DNA of 64,000 nucleotides, from sequence record OR892555.1; one strand, written 5' to 3'. Shown piece after piece: positions 42,882-55,849 of this stretch. The first letter of the stretch is position 1; each line of letters starts with the position of its first letter. The position numbers and the translations under genes were made by a program. Below the pieces are notes generated by a model that was not told the DNA's origin, ran no database searches, and saw nothing but the letters and a program-made list of their open reading frames with translations. This DNA comes from Escherichia phage EP1.

Positions 42882-45419
42882 TTACGCCGTTCTAACCCAT
42901 GCCATCAATCTGATAAACAAGTTTACAACACTGAATGCTGAACCAGAACCTGTACCACCAGTGTCACCACTAACTGTGTGGGTGTGAGCACCAATACCAA
43001 CCGTGTGAGCGTGGTTACCAGCAGAAGCAGCAGTACCAGAGATTGTGTGGGTGTGAGCACCACCTGCATCAGTGTAACCTGGCCCTGTACCAAGCTTACC
43101 ACCACCACCACCAGAGTAGTGAGTAGAGTTCTGACCAATCCATGAGATAGCATGTTTGTGACTACCAGCAGATGCAGCAGAACCACTTACAGAGTGGGTA
43201 TGAGCACCAGTCGTGTTAGAGGTCTTAGTACCATAGTCAAAGCTTGACGTTGTAGCTGAGAAGCTGTGAGTATGTGAAGGAAGGTGTCCTACAGCTAATG
43301 TCACAGTATCTGCACCACCAACTGTCTTAACATCTGAACCATTCGCTGCACCGATTCTGACAGTTCTACCGACACCTTCATTTAGATACGTCCAAGTTAA
43401 TCCCGGAAGGGTAGTATTAGGGTTCTGGTTAGTTGCAAACCATGTTACAATACCTACAGGGTAAACTTTCTTAAGGTCTGTAGAGTCTGTAACAGCATTT
43501 GCAATCTTCTGGTCAACTTCAGTTTTAGTATATGCACCAACATCTGATGCTGAAGGTTTTAACAAGCTTGTGTAAATAGACTGGACACTACCAGAAACCA
43601 TGCTAGTTGGTGGTGTTACAGAACCTTCAGGTGTTGTATACATAGATACTGCGGCATTTGAAGTGCATCTCCAACTAAAGCTAATACTGTGTGCATAACC
43701 ACCAGATTTAGCGTAGATATCATAACTATTGCTACCATTCGAAACATAACCAATATCAGTAAACAATGGACTAGTGTCAGTACTATTCCAAAGAACTGCC
43801 GTGATACCAACAGGTGTAGAGTTGTTTCCAGTCCTTAAAATAATACTAGTAGGCGCGGCTTGTGCTGTTGAGCCAGCATTATAACCAGCACCACCTGCAA
43901 ACCTCATTTCTACAGTTGATGTACTCTGTGGCATAACTACGGTTGCCACCTTAACCCATAAACCATTAGTACCTGAGCTATTTGGACTAATAGACCCAAT
44001 CATTTCATATCTTAAGTCTGATAAACTTTTTGTATAATATCTTGAATCAAAGTTTGCAAAGTCTGAAGGTTTCACCTGTCCAGTGATATTCACACTTTTA
44101 TTGGCGACAATCTCATTAGCAAGCTGCAAAGAACTACCAAGTATGTGGTTTTGCAATGACAGAGTTGTTGAACCATCTGAGCCAACACCAATAAACCACC
44201 TGTTAGTAGTACCATCTGAGTCTCTTGAGATGATATAAGAGGCTTTACCTGCACTGCTTGGCATTAATACTAGACCCTGACCATCATTCTTAATGGTCTG
44301 TACACCAGTAAAGGTGTTTGCAGTATTGTTCCTTGCAATTGTAGAAAGTGTTGCAGCAGGAATAAATCTGGCATCAATGTTAGACCAATCTGTAGGCTGA
44401 ACCTGTCCAGTGATTGCAAGACTCTTGTTAACTCTGACCATGTTATCAAGTAATACATAGGTATCATTTGAGATGTTTGTCAATACAACTGAGTTGCTAC
44501 CATCTGCATAGTTACCTACAGCCCACTTCATAGAAGCATCTGTGTTCTGACCTTCAATGTAAAGTGCTTTACCACTTGTCAAGTTCTTCAGAGTTAATCT
44601 TGCACCATCACCAAGTAACGTTGTAGTACCTCTGAGGGTGTTGTTTCCAGTAATCGTGTTAGCTGCTGCCAACTGAACAAATCTTTGGTCTGCTGCATCA
44701 CGAGTATAGAATCTTGCATCAAAGTTTGCGAAGTCTGAAGGAACAACCTGTCCAGTAACTTGAAGACTTTTGTTAATACCTACAGAACCAGTACCAAGAA
44801 CAATATTAGTATTCTGTTTGGTGTTTGCAATAGTAACGTCAGAACCAGAACTCAAGTTACCAATTGTGAACCTTACAGCGTTTGCTGTATCACGACCTTC
44901 ATAATACAATGCAGCCGCAGCAGTGTTCTTCAAAGTCAAACCAGCATTATCTGTCTGGAAAATCTGACTTGCTGTAAAGGTATTTTGAGTTCCCTTGATA
45001 GCAAATCTTGCATCGTTCTCATCATTAGTTCTCATCCCAAGTTCATTGGGAGATGGCTTATTCAGAGTGTGATAAACAGTTGCACTTCTTGAAGCATCTG
45101 CAATAGTCAGTTTAAGACCATTTGCATTAAGCTTGAAAGTTTTTGCAGTGTCACCGAAGACAATTTCGGAGTTACCTGTTGGGTCAAGTAAATCTTTTCC
45201 CCCATAGGTAAGCTTTACAATTCCTAAATTACCTGTCATGGTTCCACCAACTAATTGCAGAAATCTTTCCAGTCTAAATGATGCAAGGAAATCCGCATAA
45301 GTCATTCTACGGTCTTCATCACCTAGCATCTCAGTTCTTTTCTTAACTCTGACATGCAATAGGTCATCAGAACGAATCTCACTAATCGAGTTTAATTCAC
45401 TCAATTTAAATTCTGCCAT
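42882..45419 (-). CDS. long tail fibre protein with His-x-His repeat C-terminal tip
   Basis: 845 aa; C-terminal GAHTHS...HKHA...AHTHTISG...NHAHTVGIGAHTHTVSG repeats. Confidence 0.75.
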   Translation of the reverse strand: MAEFKLSELNSISEIRSDDLLHVRVKKRTEMLGDEDRRMTYADFLASFRLERFLQLVGGTMTGNLGIVKLTYGGKDLLDPTGNSEIVFGDTAKTFKLNANGLKLTIADASRSATVYHTLNKPSPNELGMRTNDENDARFAIKGTQNTFTASQIFQTDNAGLTLKNTAAAALYYEGRDTANAVRFTIGNLSSGSDVTIANTKQNTNIVLGTGSVGINKSLQVTGQVVPSDFANFDARFYTRDAADQRFVQLAAANTITGNNTLRGTTTLLGDGARLTLKNLTSGKALYIEGQNTDASMKWAVGNYADGSNSVVLTNISNDTYVLLDNMVRVNKSLAITGQVQPTDWSNIDARFIPAATLSTIARNNTANTFTGVQTIKNDGQGLVLMPSSAGKASYIISRDSDGTTNRWFIGVGSDGSTTLSLQNHILGSSLQLANEIVANKSVNITGQVKPSDFANFDSRYYTKSLSDLRYEMIGSISPNSSGTNGLWVKVATVVMPQSTSTVEMRFAGGAGYNAGSTAQAAPTSIILRTGNNSTPVGITAVLWNSTDTSPLFTDIGYVSNGSNSYDIYAKSGGYAHSISFSWRCTSNAAVSMYTTPEGSVTPPTSMVSGSVQSIYTSLLKPSASDVGAYTKTEVDQKIANAVTDSTDLKKVYPVGIVTWFATNQNPNTTLPGLTWTYLNEGVGRTVRIGAANGSDVKTVGGADTVTLAVGHLPSHTHSFSATTSSFDYGTKTSNTTGAHTHSVSGSAASAGSHKHAISWIGQNSTHYSGGGGGKLGTGPGYTDAGGAHTHTISGTAASAGNHAHTVGIGAHTHTVSGDTGGTGSGSAFSVVNLFIRLMAWVRTA

Positions 45420-45431
45420 TATACAATCCTC

Positions 45432-45455
45432 TTAAAAGGGGCTAAAAAGCCCCTA
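45432..45455 (-). terminator. terminator-like hairpin (GGGGC-taaaaa-GCCCC) between the two fibre genes
   Basis: 5-bp GC stem with short T-run. Confidence 0.5.
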
Positions 45456-45461
45456 TTATAA

Positions 45462-46610
45462 TTAAGCAGTTCTCTGCCATACATATAGAACAAATGATGG
45501 CTGTTCAATGTTAAATGCCTGACCAGAACCAGTTGAGCCAGTTGTACCAGAGTGAGAGTGTTCACCTGCACCTGTAACAGTTACAGTAGCCGTATGCGAG
45601 TGGCTACCAATTGATACAGAGTGGCTATGAGCACCAATCGCTACAGTATGAGTGTGCGCACCAATCGCTACAGTGTGCGTATGGTTGTTAGCGGTTGTCA
45701 GAGTGGCTCTTGGGTCATAGTCTGCACCAACTACTGAAAGTCCCGGATGACTCCCTGGGTCATAACCACGGTTAATCCACGTTGTCTGAGTGAATCCAGC
45801 AGAACTCGTAGTTTTATTACCATAGTTAAATGATGATGTGGTCTTAGTACCATAATCAAATGTTGTAGTGCTTCTATTCCCATAGTCAAATGAACTGATT
45901 GAAGCAGTTGCACCATGTGAGTGACCACCACCTGTAACGTACACTGAGTGAGTGTGAGCAGGGATGTTATTAGCTGTCAATGCAGCAGTCTGTGAACCAA
46001 ATGTCGAACCTGCTGGTCTAGAAGCACTGTCATAACCTACAAGCGCTCTACCTCTTGAAACCAGTTCCCAAGTACCTCCACAAATCAGGTAAGTAGATGG
46101 GTTAGCAGCATTCATCGACAAGTGGATAGTACCAACTGGATATGAAGCCTGAACAGCTCTGTATAGACTATTAACTGCTCTTGCTGTAGCATACTTATCA
46201 GCATCTTCATTATATGCGTTGGAGGCTAACCAGTTCTGAACATTACCCAAACCAACTTGTGATTTAGTTGTGTTGTGAGGGTTATTCTTATCATTAATGT
46301 GAGCCTGAATAAGTTGATTAACTTCATCAGAAGACATAATCTGTAAGTTCGCTCTTGCTTCAGCTACGTCAACGATATCTGATAAGTTATTTGCAGCGAC
46401 AAGCTGTAAAGCATTTAAGACATTACCTAATTCAACCTGAACTTTTGTGACACCGTGAGGGTTATTCCTCAAGGATGCGTGAGGGTCAAGTAGTTGTTCA
46501 AGTGTACATCTCTTGTCTTCAATACCTTGTTTAAGGTGGAAGATATCACTTAACTCAATTGGTAATGATGCTTGAGGCAAGGCACTAATTTGAATTTCAC
46601 CTACTGCCAT
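45462..46610 (-). CDS. tail fibre protein (paralogous tip with His-x-His and FDYG repeats)
   Basis: 382 aa; SSFDYGNRSTTTFDYGTKTTSSFNYG and HTHTVAIGAHTHTVAIGAHSHSVSIGSHSHT; C-terminal tail similar to the 845-aa fibre. Confidence 0.7.
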   Translation of the reverse strand: MAVGEIQISALPQASLPIELSDIFHLKQGIEDKRCTLEQLLDPHASLRNNPHGVTKVQVELGNVLNALQLVAANNLSDIVDVAEARANLQIMSSDEVNQLIQAHINDKNNPHNTTKSQVGLGNVQNWLASNAYNEDADKYATARAVNSLYRAVQASYPVGTIHLSMNAANPSTYLICGGTWELVSRGRALVGYDSASRPAGSTFGSQTAALTANNIPAHTHSVYVTGGGHSHGATASISSFDYGNRSTTTFDYGTKTTSSFNYGNKTTSSAGFTQTTWINRGYDPGSHPGLSVVGADYDPRATLTTANNHTHTVAIGAHTHTVAIGAHSHSVSIGSHSHTATVTVTGAGEHSHSGTTGSTGSGQAFNIEQPSFVLYVWQRTA

Positions 46611-46612
46611 TA

Positions 46613-46927
46613 TTAGCCTCCAATAAATTCATAAGTGTACTGATTAGTTGTGCTTGTTGGAGCAGTACCTGTCACTGTATTAATAAGATTCCATCCAGCC
46701 GATACTAAATCAGGCTGTTCAGTAGCAAAGCTTCTTACTTCACCAACAATAGCTGTTGTCCCATTTGCTCTTTCCAGCAAATAGTTTAAAATATAGTTAT
46801 ACCACTGACGACCCATTGGTTCACCACGTAGTAAACCTGTTGCCTGAATCTCAGGAGGTGGTAACACTTTTAACTGGTTACCATCAGCGTCTACATCATC
46901 TGTAGCCCATCTTACTGCATCTGCCAT
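46613..46927 (-). CDS. hypothetical tail/baseplate-associated protein
   Basis: 104-aa ORF translationally coupled in the late operon. Confidence 0.45.
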   Translation of the reverse strand: MADAVRWATDDVDADGNQLKVLPPPEIQATGLLRGEPMGRQWYNYILNYLLERANGTTAIVGEVRSFATEQPDLVSAGWNLINTVTGTAPTSTTNQYTYEFIGG

Positions 46928-47784
46928 TATGAACTTCCTTCCTGTTGAGATTTATCTTTTCTGCCTTTGATGATTTGTGCAACTTCAGCCATTACACCGT
47001 ATTCACCACCTGCAACCGTTTCTTTGCCGACAATAAAGTTGTCGTTGCTGTTATTCGTTCTGCTCACATTCATATAATCTTTTGAAGTGCTTCCAGCAGT
47101 TCTATCAATTCTAAAATAACCGTCTCTTACACCTGCATCTGCTAAACTCCCTAGCAAGTTAGCTTCAAGAGAGCCACCAGTGTTATTCGTTACAAGACCT
47201 TTGTTATTGTCTGTTACAAACCAGTTATCTTTGTCATCAACGATAGCTAAGGCTGAATCAGCAACCTCTACAGGTGTCCAAGCAGTACCATTCAAAGTCA
47301 CATCTCTTAAGATGACTGCTGAACCAATTGTTGTTGCAGCAATCTTTGAAAGTGTGTATGCTGTATCTAGAACGTTATTTCTCGTGTTAACACGAATAAC
47401 AATCCCACCAGTCATCGGTGTAATATGCTCAAACACCTGTGAAAAGGTAGCATTGTAAAGTGTCATTACGGCATTTTGAAGAAACGCTGGAGTTGTGTCA
47501 GAACGTCTTAGGAAAATTTGGATATACAGCATTGCACGATATGAATCGTCATCAGCACCAAGAGGTCTAGGGACTTTAATCAAAGCCCCGATATTATCTA
47601 GTTGCTGACCAATAGCTGTACGGATATTACGTTCTGTGTGCATCTGCCAAGTAATATCCTCTAACAATTGTAACTCATCTGTAATAGATTTCAATAGACT
47701 AGTGTAAATAAACTTTTCTTTGAATTGAGTTACAGTTCTTTCATCCAATGTTTTGTAATAGACGTCTTCAATCTTTTCAAACAT
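46927..47784 (-). CDS. putative baseplate protein
   Basis: 285-aa ORF between J-like protein and fibres; by position. Confidence 0.45.
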   Translation of the reverse strand: MFEKIEDVYYKTLDERTVTQFKEKFIYTSLLKSITDELQLLEDITWQMHTERNIRTAIGQQLDNIGALIKVPRPLGADDDSYRAMLYIQIFLRRSDTTPAFLQNAVMTLYNATFSQVFEHITPMTGGIVIRVNTRNNVLDTAYTLSKIAATTIGSAVILRDVTLNGTAWTPVEVADSALAIVDDKDNWFVTDNNKGLVTNNTGGSLEANLLGSLADAGVRDGYFRIDRTAGSTSKDYMNVSRTNNSNDNFIVGKETVAGGEYGVMAEVAQIIKGRKDKSQQEGSS

Positions 47785-47786
47785 TG

Positions 47787-49255
47787 TTACTCCTTAGTGA
47801 TAGTGTACTGGCTGCTTTCCCATACCGTATACTGGTCACCATCAACTGTGATTCTCGAAGTAGTGTACTGGTCATCCGAAGGTGGAACTGCTTGGTTATT
47901 TGAAAGAGCAACTTTAATTTCGTTGATTTCAATACCTTGAATAACGTCATAGATGTATCCATAGATTCTGTTAGGAATCACGTCATTACCAACTTTCAGG
48001 GTTCTACCATAATCGTTAATACCCTGTACAATACTGTCATGGATATCTTCTTCAGGGATTGTCAAGCTTTCTTCATCATACAACTCATAAGTTACCTTAA
48101 CAAAGACATACTTAGGTGTTGGTCTGCTGAAGTAAACGTTATGAGCCAAACCTCCAAGGTCATATGCAGTACCAAAGATGGAGCCGTAAGCCCTGATACC
48201 AGCAGGTTTAGTATCCCAGATAGCTTGAGCAACGTTATCATTCTGACCACCTACAACGACAATCTTGAAAGATTTCGGAGGAATACCATCAGAAGTTGTT
48301 GTCTCAGTGTCGTTCTCAACACCTGAAGCATCTGAAACACCCTGAACTCTCTTGACAGCAGCAACGATAGCGTCTAAAGTACCTACACCAGTAACAGTTA
48401 AAGATTCTAGGTAACGCTGACGAAGTTCTGTATCAGTTTCTTCATCACGTCCTGTTGTCAGGTCGTATCTGTTAAACACATTATCAAGACCGTCTACGGT
48501 TGTCTCGATTTCAATTAGTGTTCCTGCCAAAGCTGGAATAGCACCAACCTGTTCAGCAACTACATCGTGAATTGTAGTAATCTTCGTAAAGCTTAGGAAT
48601 GTCGTTGCAGTAACAACCATAGGGTTTGTTCTGGCAATAATATCCCCTTCATCTTTATAGACCCTTAGAGATGAACCATCATTAGTAACTTCAGCCTTAG
48701 CAACAATACCACCATTAATAGCATCTGCAAGTTCGTTTAGCAGAGTCGTGATAGTATCTGAAGAAGTAGGTTGATAAGAGAAAACAACGTTATCAATAAT
48801 AATAACATAGTTTGCATCAGTACGTAAAGAGTTAACTTCTAAAACTGCTTCAACACAATAAGATGGTGTCAAGGTGAAGGTAGAAACTGGATAGAAAATA
48901 TTACCAGCAGTACTTCTCAGTCTTGTTGTTGCAGGGATTGAAGCACCAGTTGTGCCAGTAAATTCAGCCTGTCCTCTTGTAGCCTGAGCAACGTATCTGT
49001 AGATTGCGTTTAAGGCTGTGATATCATCTAGGTTGAATCCTTCAGCTTTATCAATGGTATTACCATCATAAATCTCAGACAGAACTTCATGAGTATCTGC
49101 CAAGGCTCTTGCTACTGATGCTAAGAAGAGACCTAATTGGCTGTCTTCAGATACGTCAAGGTTTGGGGAGATATCTCTTAAAAGTCTTGCTTTGATATTA
49201 TCAAAGATTTCTTGATATCTCAATGTTTGTAATCCTGTTGCGGTTAATCCAGCCA

Positions 49256-49256
<1 letters not shown>
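47787..49256 (-). CDS. baseplate J-like protein
   Basis: 489 aa; size and position after a gp25/W-like gene. Confidence 0.55.
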
Positions 49257-51274
<2,018 letters not shown>

Positions 51275-51275
<1 letters not shown>

Positions 51276-51616
51276 TATAAGTTCTCCATCAAACGCATAT
51301 CTTCAGAAGTGTAATAGTTAAGTTCAAATGCCTTATCCCTCCCAAAGTTATTTCTCGATGGTTGTAAGTCAGTTCCGAAGATTTTTTCAACGAAGATTTC
51401 ACCAGATAAGGAAGGAACTACATAGCGGCCTGTGATAGATTGGTCGGCAAGGCATTTCTTTTCAGATAATAATACATTACCATCAACATCAGTTAGCGTC
51501 AAGAACCATCTGTCAAGCCTTTCTTTGTATTTCAATTCAATAACAAAAACAGCACCTTCTAAAGTCACTGTCTGAGTTGACCATTCCGTATCTGGAACAG
51601 GGATATACTGAGACAT
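51275..51616 (-). CDS. putative tail protein
   Basis: 113-aa ORF, coupled start/stop. Confidence 0.4.
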
Positions 51617-52413
51617 TAATAAGTTCCTTTCTTGTTTGGGTTAACTGAATGCTTCTGCATAGATTTACCACTTCCAGCACCAGTACTAAGAACTTGAGCA
51701 GCGTTTCTTTCAGCTTCATCACTAAAGGTTGTCTGCCCTTTACTGGTATTTGCAGAGCGACCACAAGCAGCCATAGCACGATATTCATCACTTGAAAGTT
51801 CTCTTACACCATTTGATTGTAGGTCATACAGAAGTTGACAGTTTAATTTACCGTTACCTAAAGAAGTTGTAGTATTACCAGTATTCTTCTTTGAAGTTGC
51901 TCCACCATCATTTGTGGTAGCTGTTTTACCAGTTGCTGCTGAAACGTCAGTTTGTCCGACTACAGCTTTAAATTCCACACCTTGAAAAGTCATCTGAATA
52001 CGAAGACCATTTGCAATCGTGTGTTCTTTATAAGCTTTGAAGTTTGTGATAATGCTATCGTCAATCTTAATACCATCTTTACAGATAACAGAAATAATCT
52101 GTTTCTGGTCTCGCCAAGTTTCTACAGTGTCGATAAAGTTTTCTACAAGTTGGCCTTGACGGGTGCGTAATAGGCTACCTTCGTAGCCCACTACAACAAC
52201 ACCAGAGATAGTAATAGTCTTTGGAGCACGTTGAACGTTATCAGTTACAGTCTGTCCAGATTGCATTGTTTGAGTAGTCACCATCATGGGTGAGTCATAC
52301 TCCATACTCTCTGTTGCAGATAATGTCAAAAATGCGTCAACATTATCTCTCAGATGGAAGTAAATACCATCCTTACCAGAGTATTTAATTTGCATATTAG
52401 AATTCCATAACAT
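51616..52413 (-). CDS. putative tail protein
   Basis: 265-aa ORF immediately after tape measure. Confidence 0.4.
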   Translation of the reverse strand: MLWNSNMQIKYSGKDGIYFHLRDNVDAFLTLSATESMEYDSPMMVTTQTMQSGQTVTDNVQRAPKTITISGVVVVGYEGSLLRTRQGQLVENFIDTVETWRDQKQIISVICKDGIKIDDSIITNFKAYKEHTIANGLRIQMTFQGVEFKAVVGQTDVSAATGKTATTNDGGATSKKNTGNTTTSLGNGKLNCQLLYDLQSNGVRELSSDEYRAMAACGRSANTSKGQTTFSDEAERNAAQVLSTGAGSGKSMQKHSVNPNKKGTY

Positions 52414-54656
52414 TATTCTTCCTCTGGGTAACTTGAGTTAAGAAGGATATCTTCTTGGTGCTTGTCCATGATATCAACCATCTTAGTAGCAATCTGCTTA
52501 CCATCAAGATTGAATGAAACATTCAGAGTCTGTCTAGTCTGCATAGGGAAACCAGAGGGTGTCATCATCATTGGTGTTTGATTGAACTTAGTTGCAAAGT
52601 TATTTAAAGACTCTGACAAGTTGTTCATGATAATATCCCAATTGGACATTCCGTTATCAACAAAGCTACGATTACCTTGAGCATCTACAGAATATTGTGC
52701 AAACTGTAGCTGTCCATTCTGGTCAAAAAACATTGGACGTTTTGGGTTGGTAATGCTTGATACAGCATCTTCAAAAGGCTTTGGAAGAGTAACTTCGTTG
52801 AACCTACCATTGTTCTTTCTGTCTGTAGAGCCAGATAACATCAATGATGAACCAACTGTACCAAGAACCATTCTGGTAGCTGTAACTCCTGCAACACCTG
52901 TAGCTGTTTCTGCTGTAGCTGCTGCACCACCTAGACCAAACTTCTGCATGATTTTTGCAAAGATACCTTCTTCAAAGATACTCTTAACGAATGCTACAGT
53001 GCCACCAAAGATTTTAGCAACCTTAGTAATAGCAGCAATTGCAACACCAATCATAGCAAAGGTTGAAACTAGTTCAGCAGAATCCTTGATAAGTTTCTGT
53101 TGACTTGCATCCAAATCCTTGTACCATGCCATTGCAGAGTAATACAGTGAAGATGTTCTATACATGATATCTGTTACGAAGTCAAGTAAGTTACCAGCAC
53201 CTTTTAACAGGTAACCAATCACTGTACCGAGTGCTTCAGCAGTACCCATAGAACCTTGTAAGAACATTGCAATGGATTGTGAAAGCTGTGAAATACCGTC
53301 GCTAGAGTTGTTAAACAATGCAACTAACATGTTATCCCACATAGACTTCGCTTGACCCATTGAGGTAGCTGTCTGCTTAGATACGGCATTCATACCACCT
53401 GCTGCCTGTACCAACTCAGCCATCTTTTCAGATACCTTTGGAAGTACATCTTCAGCAAGGAGCTTACCGTCTTTCATCAACTTATCAAGTTCTTGTGGGG
53501 TCTTACCAATAGCATCAGCAAATAACTGTACAGCACCTGCTAAACGGTCACCTAACTGACCACGAAGTTCTTCAGCCTGAATCTTACCCTTAGAAGCCAT
53601 CTGTTGGAAAGCAACCATGATACCTTTCAGGTCTTCGTCTGTTGCACCCCTGATACGAGAGAACATTGCAGCGTTCTTATAGAACTCCTGAGTTCCTTGG
53701 AATCCAAGAGCAGGTTGAGCACCAGCAGCAAAGTTTGAGTATTGCTTCATGGTATTTGTGTAGTTCTGTCCAATCTGATGAGCGAACGATGCAGCGAACA
53801 TTCTAGCTTGCTGTGTATCTGCTCCGAAGATAGCTGTTGAGGCTAACTGTGCAGACTGTCTTTTAACACCTGCATCAATTGTCTTCTGAGCCAATTCTAA
53901 GGCTGCATAAGCTGAAACAAAACCACCAATCATCTGGCGTAGAGATGAGTTAGCTCTTTCCTGAAGCCAAGCTGATTCTCTGACTGACTTGAGTCTAGCA
54001 TTTTCTGCAATAACCCAACGCTTGGTAACGTCAATGAGCTTTTTGACTTCCATCTCATATTCACCGACTTTACCAGTTCCCTTATATTTGTTATAAAGAC
54101 CTTGCAAGTTTCCTCTGAAGGAAGCTGCCATTTGGTTACCTTGCCCACCAATAGTTTCAAGGCGACGTGTCAGACCAGAATAGAAGTTGTTGTTAAACAT
54201 TCTTTCCATCTGTCTCTGAGCAATATCAGGTCTTGGAGGTCTTGGGTTGCCACTTCCACCAGTAGGAGGGAAACCAGTACCACCTTTTCTACCACCACGA
54301 ACAGTGACTTTTCCATCAACTTTCATAGCGTCTCTTAAAGCCTTGTTAATTTCCTTGGCAGTTTTTCTACCTTGCGTCTCCAGTCTTTTAAGAGATTTAA
54401 CACCTTGTGAATCAAGGTTAAGGGAGTTGTTGAGTGCTTTATTGATTCTGCCCGAAGCAGTCTGAGCGTTTTTTACAATTCTGTTTAATGCTTCCTGTGA
54501 AGACTTATTAGGTTTCACGTCAAAGGCTTTGTTAATATTACGTTCGATTCGTTGAGCAGACTGCATAGCCATCTTTTCAACTCTCTGCAAACCTTTAACA
54601 ACCTTTTCACTGAAACCCAACTCCACAATAAAGCTATCAACTGTATATTGTGCCAT
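52413..54656 (-). CDS. tail tape measure protein
   Basis: 747 aa, long alpha-helical/coiled-coil character with Gly-rich segments; follows the chaperone pair. Confidence 0.8.
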   Translation of the reverse strand: MAQYTVDSFIVELGFSEKVVKGLQRVEKMAMQSAQRIERNINKAFDVKPNKSSQEALNRIVKNAQTASGRINKALNNSLNLDSQGVKSLKRLETQGRKTAKEINKALRDAMKVDGKVTVRGGRKGGTGFPPTGGSGNPRPPRPDIAQRQMERMFNNNFYSGLTRRLETIGGQGNQMAASFRGNLQGLYNKYKGTGKVGEYEMEVKKLIDVTKRWVIAENARLKSVRESAWLQERANSSLRQMIGGFVSAYAALELAQKTIDAGVKRQSAQLASTAIFGADTQQARMFAASFAHQIGQNYTNTMKQYSNFAAGAQPALGFQGTQEFYKNAAMFSRIRGATDEDLKGIMVAFQQMASKGKIQAEELRGQLGDRLAGAVQLFADAIGKTPQELDKLMKDGKLLAEDVLPKVSEKMAELVQAAGGMNAVSKQTATSMGQAKSMWDNMLVALFNNSSDGISQLSQSIAMFLQGSMGTAEALGTVIGYLLKGAGNLLDFVTDIMYRTSSLYYSAMAWYKDLDASQQKLIKDSAELVSTFAMIGVAIAAITKVAKIFGGTVAFVKSIFEEGIFAKIMQKFGLGGAAATAETATGVAGVTATRMVLGTVGSSLMLSGSTDRKNNGRFNEVTLPKPFEDAVSSITNPKRPMFFDQNGQLQFAQYSVDAQGNRSFVDNGMSNWDIIMNNLSESLNNFATKFNQTPMMMTPSGFPMQTRQTLNVSFNLDGKQIATKMVDIMDKHQEDILLNSSYPEEE

Positions 54657-54895
54657 TAAATTTTACCTGCCCTTCTAAGTTCGTTATAAGCAATTTCTTC
54701 TTTGTATGACCTCTGGATTTCTAAATACTGTCGCAGAGATAATAAATCAGAGAAAGTCATTGAGAAGAGTTGGTCGAGTGTTTCTTTACACCCTTCCATA
54801 CCGTAAATAGCAAGCACAAATTTCATCTCATCTGCTTCTTCATAAGTTGCTGCTACAGCCCCATCAGTCAATGGGGTCTGCATAGCACTACTCAT
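54656..54895 (-). CDS. C-terminal extension of the tail assembly chaperone (predicted -1 frameshift product)
   Basis: 79-aa ORF starts 2 nt after the chaperone stop with no RBS; -1 frame from the slippery site is open into it. Confidence 0.5.
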   Translation of the reverse strand: MSSAMQTPLTDGAVAATYEEADEMKFVLAIYGMEGCKETLDQLFSMTFSDLLSLRQYLEIQRSYKEEIAYNELRRAGKI

Positions 54896-54897
54896 GC

Positions 54898-55308
54898 TTA
54901 CTGAGAAGTTAGGCTTTTGAAAATGCTTGCTTCGAAAAAACTTCCGAAATTAGCCTCCAGAGCAAATGCCAAGAAGTCAATAAATTCACCGTAGTTCGCT
55001 TGGAAGTATTTATCTACGTTTAGAGGGAAGTCATCTACAGTTGCACCTTGGAATAACAAAGCAGCCATTGAGTCAATATCGAGTTCATCAATACGGTCAA
55101 AGCAAGCTTCAACTAATTCTTTGAAAGGTACTGCTGTTACACTTTCTTCGCCTTCTTTCTGCTCTTTCCCAGATAAACTTGAAAACATCTGAGCAATTGT
55201 CGGTACAACAACTTTACCGAGTTTCATCGACATTTTAATACCATCTCTTGCACCTAGCAGGACAATATTCACTTTCTTACCATTAATAATTTTAGATTCT
55301 GTCTTCAT
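54898..55308 (-). CDS. tail assembly chaperone
   Basis: 136-aa acidic protein between tube and tape measure; slippery heptamer near its 3' end. Confidence 0.55.
   Translation of the reverse strand: MKTESKIINGKKVNIVLLGARDGIKMSMKLGKVVVPTIAQMFSSLSGKEQKEGEESVTAVPFKELVEACFDRIDELDIDSMAALLFQGATVDDFPLNVDKYFQANYGEFIDFLAFALEANFGSFFEASIFKSLTSQ
54934..54940 (-). other. candidate -1 programmed frameshift slippery heptamer U_UUU_UUC
   Basis: zero-frame codons ...AGU UUU UUC GAA...; -1 frame then reads R S K H F Q K P N F S V S M S S A M Q without a stop. Confidence 0.5.
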
Positions 55309-55342
55309 TGTGATTCCTTAAATTTCTTAGGTTCTATAAACG

Positions 55343-55375
55343 AAAAAAGGGAAGACCTTTTATAGTCTCCCCCTT
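55343..55375 (-). terminator. rho-independent terminator after the tail tube gene
   Basis: hairpin GGGGAGAC...GTCTTCCC followed by U-run on minus strand. Confidence 0.55.
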
Positions 55376-55387
55376 ATTAGGATGTTC

Positions 55388-55834
55388 TTAAACACTTGAC
55401 GCAGGAATCGTAGAAGTGTAGTCTAGCTTCTCACAACCAAAAATCCAAGTTTTAGAGTTCTGGTCACGACCAAGTTCAATCTGTGGAAGTTCCTGCAACC
55501 ATGCGTTAATACCAGTTGCCAGAACAGAACCAGATGGGTCGTAGATTACGAAGTTAGAAGAGATATCTTCTTCAAGTTCCATGTCATCTTGTTTAGCTTG
55601 AATCGCAGAAAGCATCTGGTTAGAGAGTGAAGTCTGCATTAGCTCAATCTCAATAGTACCTGTCTTATCTGCGTTTCTTGTCAGAGCTACCTGACCACCT
55701 GCACCAACAACTGGTGTAACAAGTGGAGAAGTTCTCTGTAGACGTAAGAATGAGTCTGGAGCAAAGCCTTCGATGGCAATACCATTCCAGCTACATACAA
55801 CGTCTTTAGGGGAATATTGCTGATACATAGCCAT
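55388..55834 (-). CDS. tail tube protein
   Basis: 148 aa immediately downstream of sheath. Confidence 0.5.
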   Translation of the reverse strand: MAMYQQYSPKDVVCSWNGIAIEGFAPDSFLRLQRTSPLVTPVVGAGGQVALTRNADKTGTIEIELMQTSLSNQMLSAIQAKQDDMELEEDISSNFVIYDPSGSVLATGINAWLQELPQIELGRDQNSKTWIFGCEKLDYTSTIPASSV

Positions 55835-55849
55835 TCCAATTTACCTCTA

